Notes under the pieces: generated by a model | The model's database searches: none | Seen by the model: only the letters and a program-made list of their open reading frames with translations | Told to the model about the DNA's origin: nothing | Shown: in pieces, positions 18,601 to 26,619 of the stretch | Numbering within the stretch: the stretch's first letter is position 1 | Layout of the letters: the number at the start of each line of letters is the position of its first letter | Virus record (IMG/VR): IMGVR_UViG_3300027689_000306 | Strand: one strand, 5' to 3' | DNA length: 55,517 bases | From: an uncultured virus (IMG/VR IMGVR_UViG_3300027689_000306) | Lineage: Duplodnaviria > Heunggongvirae > Uroviricota > Caudoviricetes > Crassvirales | Program-made: the position numbers and the translations under genes

Positions 18601-21056
18601 TTGCACCATTACCATTACCAAGTAATAGTCCTAGTATGATTGTAGGAGGAACATCTATTGTTACAGAGAAATCTAGAATAACTATTGGTGGAAGTAATGC
18701 ATGTGCAACTCCTGCAAGAGAACAAGATATCACTGTTGTATCTTATTATGCTTCATTAAAGAATATAGTTCCAAATCAATGGGGACAAATATACACATAC
18801 ACTACAGTGGATACAGGATATCAATCACCTATCAATTCAACAACATCAGGAAATGATGTAGTGTTTGGTGGAGATACATTCATTTCTAGATTTGCATTTA
18901 AAACAAAACTTCCATTCTTTATTGATAACAGAGTTAATGCTCCTGATGATAGCGATATATTCTATGATGAGATTGGTAATATAGCCTATCCAATATATTG
19001 GCATTCTGCTAGATCTATTCTTGCAGATTATACAGTACCAACTATAGGAACTCTATCAAGTATTATTTCATATAAAGCAACTAACTTTGATTGTCCTAAT
19101 AGTCAAATACCTGGACCAACAGGACCAGCTCCTAATTACCCTGCACAAGATAATCCTGATAGAACTTTCTATAATGGATACTTCTATTTGTTTGCATATG
19201 GAATTCCTAACTTCTATTGTGAGAGTTCTTACAATACAGATCTTAGACAAGCATTCAATAATAGAGAAGGTGATTTCTGGCCACATGTAAGTACAAGTAT
19301 TCCTGATGATTGGGTACAAGAAACCTATGTATCTATTGCATTTGATAATACATACAGTTACAATGTAACATATTCAAAACAGAATAAAGAAAATGTATTT
19401 ACACATTTACCAGCTGACTGGACAAGAGACTTCTGTTTTACATACTATCCGTTTAGAACAATCTATTCAGATTCTCAGAACATAGATTCTGATAATAGAA
19501 TAAATAGTTGGTTAACATATAGATCAATTTCTTATTTTGACTTTCCTCAAAATTATGGAAACCTTACATCATTAGATGGTATTCAAAACAAAGCTATTCT
19601 AGCTAGATTTGAAAACAAATCTTTATTGTATAATACATTACTTACAATTGATACAAGTAATCCACAGGCTGCCTATTTAGGTAATCCTTCTTTATTTAGA
19701 AGTGCTCCTCCTGTTGATTTTGCTGAAACAGATCTTGGATATGTAGGAAGTCAGAATAAGTTCTTATTAAAGATTCCACAAGGACAAGTAACAGTGGATG
19801 CTAAGAGAGGACAAATATTTTTACTTACATCTGAAGGAGCTAAAGATCTTACATCGTTTTCTTCAGGAATGAATAACTTCTTTACAAACCATTTATCATT
19901 TGAGATATTACAATATTTTCCAAGTAAAACTATTGTAGTAAATGGTAAGTCAGTTGTTATTCCAGGAGTTGATACAGATAATAATTTCAATGGTGTGGGA
20001 TTACATGGTGTATATGATAATAGATATGAAAGAATCATTATAACTAAACTTGACTATATTCCTTTAACTACTGATGTTAAGTATGATTATGTAACAAAAG
20101 AATTTTATATAGAAGAACCTATTGTTGGAAGTGCTCCACTTAGAACAGTTGTAAACTTAACTGATACAGAATACTTCTGTAATAAATCTTGGACAGCATC
20201 ATACAACTTCAATACACAAAGCTGGATCTCTTTCCATAGTTATCTTCCTAATTTCTATATGGGTGAAAACAATTTCTTCTATTCAGGAATCAATGGATGT
20301 TGTGATGATTTTGATTTTATTGCTGGACCAATAGTTCCAGATCCTCCTACTACTACATCTACAACATCTGTAGCACCTTTAACTACCACAACCTCCACTA
20401 CAGGTAACTTTAGTAAACAATGTGAAATTGAAGGAGTGATAGTTATAACTGATTGTACATTAGAAGGAAATGCTGAACTTATAACTCCTCCAGCTCCTCC
20501 ACCTTGTACAAGACCTGAGAATCTAAATCAAGTTGAGTTTGCTATTGGATATAGATTAACAGACCTTAACATAGTAGTTGATTCAACAGGTAGTCAAATA
20601 AATGCTTGTAATGCAATGACTTATTTAAATACTATTCCACCAAACACTGTAGTGAACACTATAGTTGGAAGTTATGAATTCCTGACCCTTGGATCTATAA
20701 TTTATGCAGGTCCTAATTATGAAACAGATTGTTCAGTGATTCCTGATGGTTGGTATTTCACAGATGAGAGTTCAGCTAGTGGAATAGTTTATGAAGTGGT
20801 AGATGGAATAATTATTAATATAGGAGAATGTTTTTCTATCACTACAACTACTAGCACTACAGTTCCTTGTAATTCATACACTGCTTTTAAAACATCAGTG
20901 GGTGTAGTGGCAGTAACTTATACAGATTGTACAGGAGCAGAAGCAAGTGTAAACGTTGGACTTGTAGGAGGAGGACCTTCAGATGTAACTTTCTGTGGAA
21001 GAATTTGTATAAATACATCAGAATGTATAACACTAACTAATAACGGACCTTGTTAA
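15663..21056 (+). CDS. Tail stabilization / muzzle protein, N-terminal part, with appended Thr-linker and Cys modules
   Basis: 1797 aa with GLNLD...ALNA, YWTDGLNP.R, GYLRDEVYAF, IRHHKFP, GGDTFI and SW..SY.....WISFHSY.P patterns of crAss-like muzzle proteins. Confidence 0.75.
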   Translation: MAEEQSKSNITPNLNSATTGLNLDSSINQVKQGSLTYALNANVENFDGNIVNYQNELGNDLCVTFPKSYLLIGTHFINEKSKHIYFLHNPIDGGSEIGYMDNNDCIYHTLVSAPCLNFNLNHPIHKVVHKITNCTIEIYWTDGLNPRRYLDINDIPYLLQSGTNLCDPVYTDQLDCNQIKIQPNFTIPQLKIHEVRNGGELISGTYQFAIQYCDASGNGYTSYYSVTNPTPIMDEQLTTVNFNTNVNKSIIVNITDLDITGQFQYYNLAVIKTINNGSSVELVGTYFIEEPTDQVTYTGSDQSPIQLAINDIFEKFPYYEIAQDLTSVQDILVWDNLTSISRLNYQSIANQITVEWETYRLPANENYADEINATNLRGYLRDEVYAFEIVFLLKNGKQTDGFHIPGRVQNWNEWSQPNIPITSNDFIGYPEPGTNYSPYWKIYNTASVTGFVPGYSREPNYKGPWQYGQMAYWESIEEYPCNQDVWGDLAGKPIRHHKFPDALVSPVNESKIFASSTSMVMGNDAVFPIGLKIDKGQISNLIYNSNLTDDEKSEIAAFKIIRGNRGTNKSIVAKGILRNVNSYEREEQYYYYPNYPYNEVGPDNDPFINETNNAWVELCQPWNIDVLQFNLPLTGTPTYAEVEYTNCNNNKLDKKKYTTLGRQVLCSISRPIPQGGGPFNRMRTVRAEREEPVPGTKVNVGPANYDVWFVSVGFNDFGIGKAGYTVAWTDPVAGYQTDWVAGGIFGGESYLLNCLEGTTPVNISGGSAAGNEYFVLDSQVRTPACTVEVPQKPISSKPELAYRQVFNSPETSFGQPFLGNVLKLENVMFGKGLGHFVEVRSNAKYKLLTKEAQVDALVSSQVVGASGYGFSASAMFTVYQSYLTIYINGITRRNFAYSYNSIADYNYSAGIGNNITVNGVQGIKQRMLEIYRYLIPGVQSVGDTITVNGVVKNAPVNNYRRESSVYLKTIELREDGVTPVAPLPLPSNSPSMIVGGTSIVTEKSRITIGGSNACATPAREQDITVVSYYASLKNIVPNQWGQIYTYTTVDTGYQSPINSTTSGNDVVFGGDTFISRFAFKTKLPFFIDNRVNAPDDSDIFYDEIGNIAYPIYWHSARSILADYTVPTIGTLSSIISYKATNFDCPNSQIPGPTGPAPNYPAQDNPDRTFYNGYFYLFAYGIPNFYCESSYNTDLRQAFNNREGDFWPHVSTSIPDDWVQETYVSIAFDNTYSYNVTYSKQNKENVFTHLPADWTRDFCFTYYPFRTIYSDSQNIDSDNRINSWLTYRSISYFDFPQNYGNLTSLDGIQNKAILARFENKSLLYNTLLTIDTSNPQAAYLGNPSLFRSAPPVDFAETDLGYVGSQNKFLLKIPQGQVTVDAKRGQIFLLTSEGAKDLTSFSSGMNNFFTNHLSFEILQYFPSKTIVVNGKSVVIPGVDTDNNFNGVGLHGVYDNRYERIIITKLDYIPLTTDVKYDYVTKEFYIEEPIVGSAPLRTVVNLTDTEYFCNKSWTASYNFNTQSWISFHSYLPNFYMGENNFFYSGINGCCDDFDFIAGPIVPDPPTTTSTTSVAPLTTTTSTTGNFSKQCEIEGVIVITDCTLEGNAELITPPAPPPCTRPENLNQVEFAIGYRLTDLNIVVDSTGSQINACNAMTYLNTIPPNTVVNTIVGSYEFLTLGSIIYAGPNYETDCSVIPDGWYFTDESSASGIVYEVVDGIIINIGECFSITTTTSTTVPCNSYTAFKTSVGVVAVTYTDCTGAEASVNVGLVGGGPSDVTFCGRICINTSECITLTNNGPC

Positions 21057-21057
21057 T

Positions 21058-21924
21058 ATGTCAAAGACTATAGCCATAAAATTAAAAGAATCAGGACCTA
21101 TTGTAGGACCATTCACTATCTATGACCAATTCGGAAATATAATAGCTGAGAATGTATCTAGAAGAGATCTTGTGAGAGGAATTAGTTATGTTGTAGATGA
21201 TGATGTTTCAATCGTTACTATTAAATCTACTGGCAAGTGTAAAGCAGAGAGGAGTGTTAGTGTTGAAGATATAACTGTATCAGATTTTACAAACATAACT
21301 CTAGTACAAATTAAAACAGGATGTACATGGGAACATGGACTTAATGTACAAAACTATAATAAATTCTATGGAAGTATAGAACCATATATTATTGAGTATC
21401 CTTTTGCATATAGATTCCAAGATGAGCTATTACAGAACGTAGTGGATTATACTAAAGCATATGAATACCTAAGTATACCTGATGGTGTATTTAGTACAAA
21501 TACAAGAATAGAAACAAATGATAAATGGTTTAATAAAGCTATTGTATACAATGGACAACAGAGTTCTGGAATACTACAGCTTGTAGCTAAACCTCTTCAC
21601 AACTTACAAGCTTATAATCAATATCCTATTTTTAATACAGATAGTAAAACAATCACATATACTAAGAGTGATAACTTCTATCAGTATAATACATTCTGGG
21701 CTTTAGAGAAGAGTTCTCAGATTCCATTATTCAATACAACTTGTGAAAGCTTATCTATTGATAAAGTGATTAACCAAGTTAATATGGACTATGGACTTAG
21801 AAGTTTCAAGAAAGCAACCATAAGAGCAAAAGATCTTAAGGTGAGACATATATTAGATAATACATCAACAACTCACTTGGTTAGTCAATTCATTATTGCA
21901 CCAAGTCAAATATCTTATAAGTAA
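21058..21924 (+). CDS. Muzzle C-terminal part fused behind a GPF decoration-type N-domain
   Basis: The first ~70 aa resemble the 10747/11584 N-domains. The remainder (W.H...FYG...YIIE, FNKAIVYN.QQSSG.L.L, IRAKDLKVR) resembles the usual muzzle C-terminus. Confidence 0.6.
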   Translation: MSKTIAIKLKESGPIVGPFTIYDQFGNIIAENVSRRDLVRGISYVVDDDVSIVTIKSTGKCKAERSVSVEDITVSDFTNITLVQIKTGCTWEHGLNVQNYNKFYGSIEPYIIEYPFAYRFQDELLQNVVDYTKAYEYLSIPDGVFSTNTRIETNDKWFNKAIVYNGQQSSGILQLVAKPLHNLQAYNQYPIFNTDSKTITYTKSDNFYQYNTFWALEKSSQIPLFNTTCESLSIDKVINQVNMDYGLRSFKKATIRAKDLKVRHILDNTSTTHLVSQFIIAPSQISYK

Positions 21925-24900
21925 TGAGTAGTGGTAAAGTAAAATGCACATGTGGATGGAGTTGGAACAAATCTGATTCTAGTAAGAAGGATATGTACAT
22001 ATGCCATGAGTGTGGTAGAGATAATTCTAACAACATGAAGAATGGTGGTTGGCTAGATCAATATGCTGATGGTGGAACAATGCAAGAACACCAAGAGAAC
22101 TATAATGATTCAGAAACATCTGTTTCTGAAGGATATGAAGGAGAAGGATATTCTATGAAAGGAAGAAACTATTCTCCTGCATGGGGTGGACAATTTCAGA
22201 ATGGTGGTCCAACAAAACCATCACAAAAAGATTACAAAACAAAGGGTGAATATAATGCAGCATTAAAATCATACAATGTTAATCTACATAAATATGAACT
22301 AGCTAATAATCCAGAAAGACTTAAAGGTGAATCTGCTAAAGATTATGAAACTAGAACTAAGTATTTTAATTTTAAAATAAGACAGCAACAAGATAAAGAT
22401 CCAATTACTAAATCATATTTAGAAATGAAGGATGATCAAGAGACTGCTACTAATCCTATAGCAAAAACAATTAGACAAGTTTTTACTGCACCTGCTCATG
22501 TTGCTTATGGTATTTATAATGCTGCTAATCCAAAAGATCTTGATAAGTATAAATCAAGAGCTACAAAAAATGATGAAGATTTAGATTTACTTAACTCATC
22601 GTTAGATGCTGCTTCTTTATTAATACCATTTGATTTTGGAATGAAAGCTAATCCTTTATGGAAACAAGCTTTAATAAGAACAGCAAAAGAAGTAGTTGAA
22701 GATGGAGTATTTAATACAGCAAAAAAAGCAAATCAGTGGTTATTAAGTAATTTTCAAGGTGGTGGTTCTGTTTATCCAGTTAACTATGTTCCTCAAGCAC
22801 AGAATGGTAAATTAACTTTCTTACAACCTACTAGTGATAAGTTACCAGAAGGATATGTTATTCCTTATAATACTCCTAGTAGTGAAAGAGCTATGTCTAT
22901 AGGTGGAGAGAATGGAGAACCAGCTTATTTAATTCCTAGTTTTAAATATGGTAAACCATTAGCAGATCCTATTGCTGAATTTAGAAAAACTAAAGAACAT
23001 TTAGGTGGTCCATTTAAAACATGGCAAGAAGCAGAAGAGTGGGAAAAAACAGTTAGACATCCAGCAGTTGAAAGAAAAGAAAACATAATGTTTCCTCAAG
23101 AGCAATTTGCAATGGGTGGTTCTATTCCAGGAACTCCAGGATTTACATATGCACGTACAAATGATCCTGCTCCTTCAGAAGGTCCATATGCAAAGAAAAC
23201 AATGGCTAGTGCACAGAATGGAATGCGTGTATTACAACCTGGTAAAAAATTTATGAACAACAATACTTCTTCTTTTAATTTTACAGAAGCTCAGAAACGT
23301 ATAAAGGAAGCACTAGGTAAAAAGAAAAAAGTAAAAAAAGATTATAAGATTAATTTACGTGAGACTAACAAAGTAGCTAATGATGCTATTCCAACTCCAA
23401 AGAAATTAATCACTACAGATCTAAATGAACTTAATGTAAGAAATAAAACTAAAGCAGAAATAGCTGCTGAAGAAGAAGCTTATAATAAAGCTGTAGCTGC
23501 AGAAAGAAGAGCAGTGCGTGAGAAAGCAGATGCTAATCCATTAAATAAAGGACTTGGATTTTTTGATTCTGAAAATCAAACAAGACAGAATTGGGAAGAT
23601 TCTACAGCTGGTCTTGAATCTAAATTTAGAGTGTCTGATGAACCAAACTTTTTTGATGATTGGATAAATCCTCTTAACATGATTGGTGGTATGGCTTCAG
23701 ATCTTGGTGCTGCCCCTAATCAAATAGTTCAACAAGATTCAATGATGCCTCTTATAACAGCAGTAGGAGTTCCATTATTAACAGGAGGATTAGAAGGATT
23801 AGGTGCAAAGAGTAATAAACAATTTGTAAACAATCTTATTAATCCATTTAATACAATTCCTGGTTATCATTCAGTTGAAAAAGCTGTAGGTAAAAAATTA
23901 GGAATGAAAGATGGAGGAGTTATAAAAGATGACAGAGGACAATGGGATTATCCAGGACAAGTTACAGAGATAGATCAAAGTGAACCAGGATCTTATATAG
24001 ATATGGGACCAGATCCAAAAACAGGAAAACCTATAACTCAGAACGTTCTAGCTATATCAGATACAGGAGATGTAAAACTTATGATGCCAGGAGGTAAATA
24101 TAAACTTAAAGGTACTAAGGTGACAGAATATCCTATAGCTCAAGAAGGTAAGAATATAAAATTGAAAAATGAAGAGGGTAAAGTTGAAACTATAAATACA
24201 GCTTCTCCAGAGTATGCAAAAATTTATAAGGAAGGACAGATACAAGTTCCTAATGCAGGAGAAAATAATATACCTATGTTTGGTGGAGAACTTGAGGAGA
24301 TTGTAGTTAAAGGAAAGAGTACACCATTATCAAAAGCAAGAGCTGAGTATGATAAGAAGAATGGTAGAGAGGCTTTCATTAATCAGAAGAAAGATGAATA
24401 CATAAAAGGACTTGGTGAAAGTAATTGGTTTGGTATTGATAGAACTAACTTCCCTGAGACTGTATTGCGTGATATAAACGCTAACTATGATTATGATAGA
24501 AACACAAATGCTTTAGAAAAGATTGCAAAACAAAGAGGGTTTGATTTAAACAAACGAGATAATTGGATTTATAATCTTACACCAAATGAAAGAGAAGCAT
24601 TAATAAATTCTGAATACTCTTCACAGTTAAATCCAAATGAGTTTTCTGAAGGATTAAGTGGTTTACAACAGATTGGAAATACATTGCTTCCTGGTAATCC
24701 ATTAAACTTTCCTATTGCTGGTCTAACACCACAAGAAGAAGAAGAAGATAGAAACTCAAAGATATCAGCACTTAAAGTGTTTGCTCCTTTGAATATGCCT
24801 GGTAACGCTGCAGCAAACTATTTGAAGAATACTAATATATCTTCATATGGAGATTTTAGAGAAACACCTACATTAGGTATGCAAAGAATGGGTAACGTTA

Positions 24901-26618
24901 GTCCTTGGGAAGCAATGGCTTTTAATCCATTGACATATCAAGCACTTCCTGCATTAAGTAATATAGCTGCAAAAACTATAGTTGGTGCTAAAAACTTACC
25001 ACAAAATATAAGTAAACTATCTAAGATTGCTCCTAAAGTTAAACAGTTTGGAAAAGATGTTGCTGGTAATATTGGTGATACATATGATCGTTTAAAATAT
25101 TTACAAAATGTTAAGACTGATAAAAATGGTGAGTTAACTGAGTTAATCAAAGGTATTGATGATGCTATATATTATTCTGCTTCAGATAATAATTCTCAAA
25201 TTTTTAGAATTCAAGATGCTGGAGATTTACGTAGTTCATTAAATAGTATAATGTATAACTATGAGGTTCAATTAGAAAAGATAATGGGTCCAACTGCAGC
25301 AAGAGAACAAATAACAAAGATTAACGATCACATTATGAATTCTCCTCTTGGTAAAAGACTTGATGACATTGTAAATGGAATTGGTCCAAAACCTACAACA
25401 GAAGAATTTCAAAGTTTAGCAAAAGCATATGCTAATTCTTTACCAGAAGGAAAAGCATGGGTTAAATCAATAAAAGATAATTTAACAAAAGCTCAGAAAC
25501 TATCTATCTATAATAAAAAGAAAGATCTTGATATACTTAAAGAATTTAAAAAGTCTTTTGGAAAAAAAGAACTTCCTAAACAGCCTGATATATATACTCC
25601 ACAAGAACAAGAAACTATTGCTGCTATTCGTGAATTAGGTAAATATAAAAATGTAATGTACTGGAACCCCTCTAAATTGTTGAGTGATCCTCAAGCATTA
25701 GTTAATATTAATAAACAAATATTAAAACTTGATGATACTGTTGTATACAGATTATTAGGAGTTACAAAACAAGAACTACTTCAGAAATATAAAAATGTTG
25801 TTCCTGATTTAAATAAAACTAAAATTGATATAACAACTAATCCTATAAATGTAAATGATCTCACAGAGATTGAAAGTCTTGCACCATCTATAAATGAAAT
25901 TAAAACAGCAGCACCTCAAGGTAGAGAAAGTTTAGTAAGAAAAATAGGAAGAAGTTATGCAGAGAATTTTGGAGAAGATAGTAGTAGAGGTGTTATTAAC
26001 TATAGCGATCCTCAAACAGCTCCAGAAGGATTAATAAATAGTGCAGGTACTAATTATGATTATGTAAAAGTTTTTGATAAATCTGGTAATCCAGTTTTAG
26101 ATGTTAATGGACAAATAATTGAAGAACTTCAATCGCTAGGAAAAACTAGAGAACAATTAATTAAAGCTGTTAGAAAAGTTGAAGCTTCTCCTAAAGGTAG
26201 TAATTTTATTGGTTCTGGTTCTATTACTTCTCCAATGTCTCTTAGTACAGATTCACTTCCTCTTACACTTGATGCAGGAGCAATGATGGTTAAAAAAGGT
26301 TTAATAGAAGTGAATATTAAATCTGGAACAAATAATCTTAATAGCCTTGGATATACTACTGGTACTCCTAAATTAGCTATAAAAGATATAAATTCTAAAA
26401 TTGAAGAGCTAGAAAAACTATCAGGTAAGACATTACCTAGAGCAAAATATAATCCAGCTACTCAACAATATGAAGTTCCAAGAATCTATTTTACTAGATT
26501 GAAACAGGGAGGAAACATTAGACAAGAACAAAAAGGTTTGGAGAACTTAGATCAATTGACTAACTTTACAAACTATAACAAACCACAACCAGGTGGATGG
26601 TTGAATAAATATAATTAA
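21924..26618 (+). CDS. Internal virion cargo protein with N-terminal Zn-ribbon and repeated xxxGG motifs
   Basis: 1564 aa; CTC...CHEC at the N-terminus; about 10 GG/AQxG motifs; lies between the muzzle and vRNAP genes. Confidence 0.55.
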   Translation: MSSGKVKCTCGWSWNKSDSSKKDMYICHECGRDNSNNMKNGGWLDQYADGGTMQEHQENYNDSETSVSEGYEGEGYSMKGRNYSPAWGGQFQNGGPTKPSQKDYKTKGEYNAALKSYNVNLHKYELANNPERLKGESAKDYETRTKYFNFKIRQQQDKDPITKSYLEMKDDQETATNPIAKTIRQVFTAPAHVAYGIYNAANPKDLDKYKSRATKNDEDLDLLNSSLDAASLLIPFDFGMKANPLWKQALIRTAKEVVEDGVFNTAKKANQWLLSNFQGGGSVYPVNYVPQAQNGKLTFLQPTSDKLPEGYVIPYNTPSSERAMSIGGENGEPAYLIPSFKYGKPLADPIAEFRKTKEHLGGPFKTWQEAEEWEKTVRHPAVERKENIMFPQEQFAMGGSIPGTPGFTYARTNDPAPSEGPYAKKTMASAQNGMRVLQPGKKFMNNNTSSFNFTEAQKRIKEALGKKKKVKKDYKINLRETNKVANDAIPTPKKLITTDLNELNVRNKTKAEIAAEEEAYNKAVAAERRAVREKADANPLNKGLGFFDSENQTRQNWEDSTAGLESKFRVSDEPNFFDDWINPLNMIGGMASDLGAAPNQIVQQDSMMPLITAVGVPLLTGGLEGLGAKSNKQFVNNLINPFNTIPGYHSVEKAVGKKLGMKDGGVIKDDRGQWDYPGQVTEIDQSEPGSYIDMGPDPKTGKPITQNVLAISDTGDVKLMMPGGKYKLKGTKVTEYPIAQEGKNIKLKNEEGKVETINTASPEYAKIYKEGQIQVPNAGENNIPMFGGELEEIVVKGKSTPLSKARAEYDKKNGREAFINQKKDEYIKGLGESNWFGIDRTNFPETVLRDINANYDYDRNTNALEKIAKQRGFDLNKRDNWIYNLTPNEREALINSEYSSQLNPNEFSEGLSGLQQIGNTLLPGNPLNFPIAGLTPQEEEEDRNSKISALKVFAPLNMPGNAAANYLKNTNISSYGDFRETPTLGMQRMGNVSPWEAMAFNPLTYQALPALSNIAAKTIVGAKNLPQNISKLSKIAPKVKQFGKDVAGNIGDTYDRLKYLQNVKTDKNGELTELIKGIDDAIYYSASDNNSQIFRIQDAGDLRSSLNSIMYNYEVQLEKIMGPTAAREQITKINDHIMNSPLGKRLDDIVNGIGPKPTTEEFQSLAKAYANSLPEGKAWVKSIKDNLTKAQKLSIYNKKKDLDILKEFKKSFGKKELPKQPDIYTPQEQETIAAIRELGKYKNVMYWNPSKLLSDPQALVNINKQILKLDDTVVYRLLGVTKQELLQKYKNVVPDLNKTKIDITTNPINVNDLTEIESLAPSINEIKTAAPQGRESLVRKIGRSYAENFGEDSSRGVINYSDPQTAPEGLINSAGTNYDYVKVFDKSGNPVLDVNGQIIEELQSLGKTREQLIKAVRKVEASPKGSNFIGSGSITSPMSLSTDSLPLTLDAGAMMVKKGLIEVNIKSGTNNLNSLGYTTGTPKLAIKDINSKIEELEKLSGKTLPRAKYNPATQQYEVPRIYFTRLKQGGNIRQEQKGLENLDQLTNFTNYNKPQPGGWLNKYN

Positions 26619-26619
26619 T

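Noticed and set aside
21050..21060. Muzzle split as a sequencing frameshift, pseudogene or intron
   Set aside because: There is a clean TAA-T-ATG junction, and the downstream ORF begins with a domain that is N-terminal in two paralogs; no intron or homing-endonuclease features were seen.
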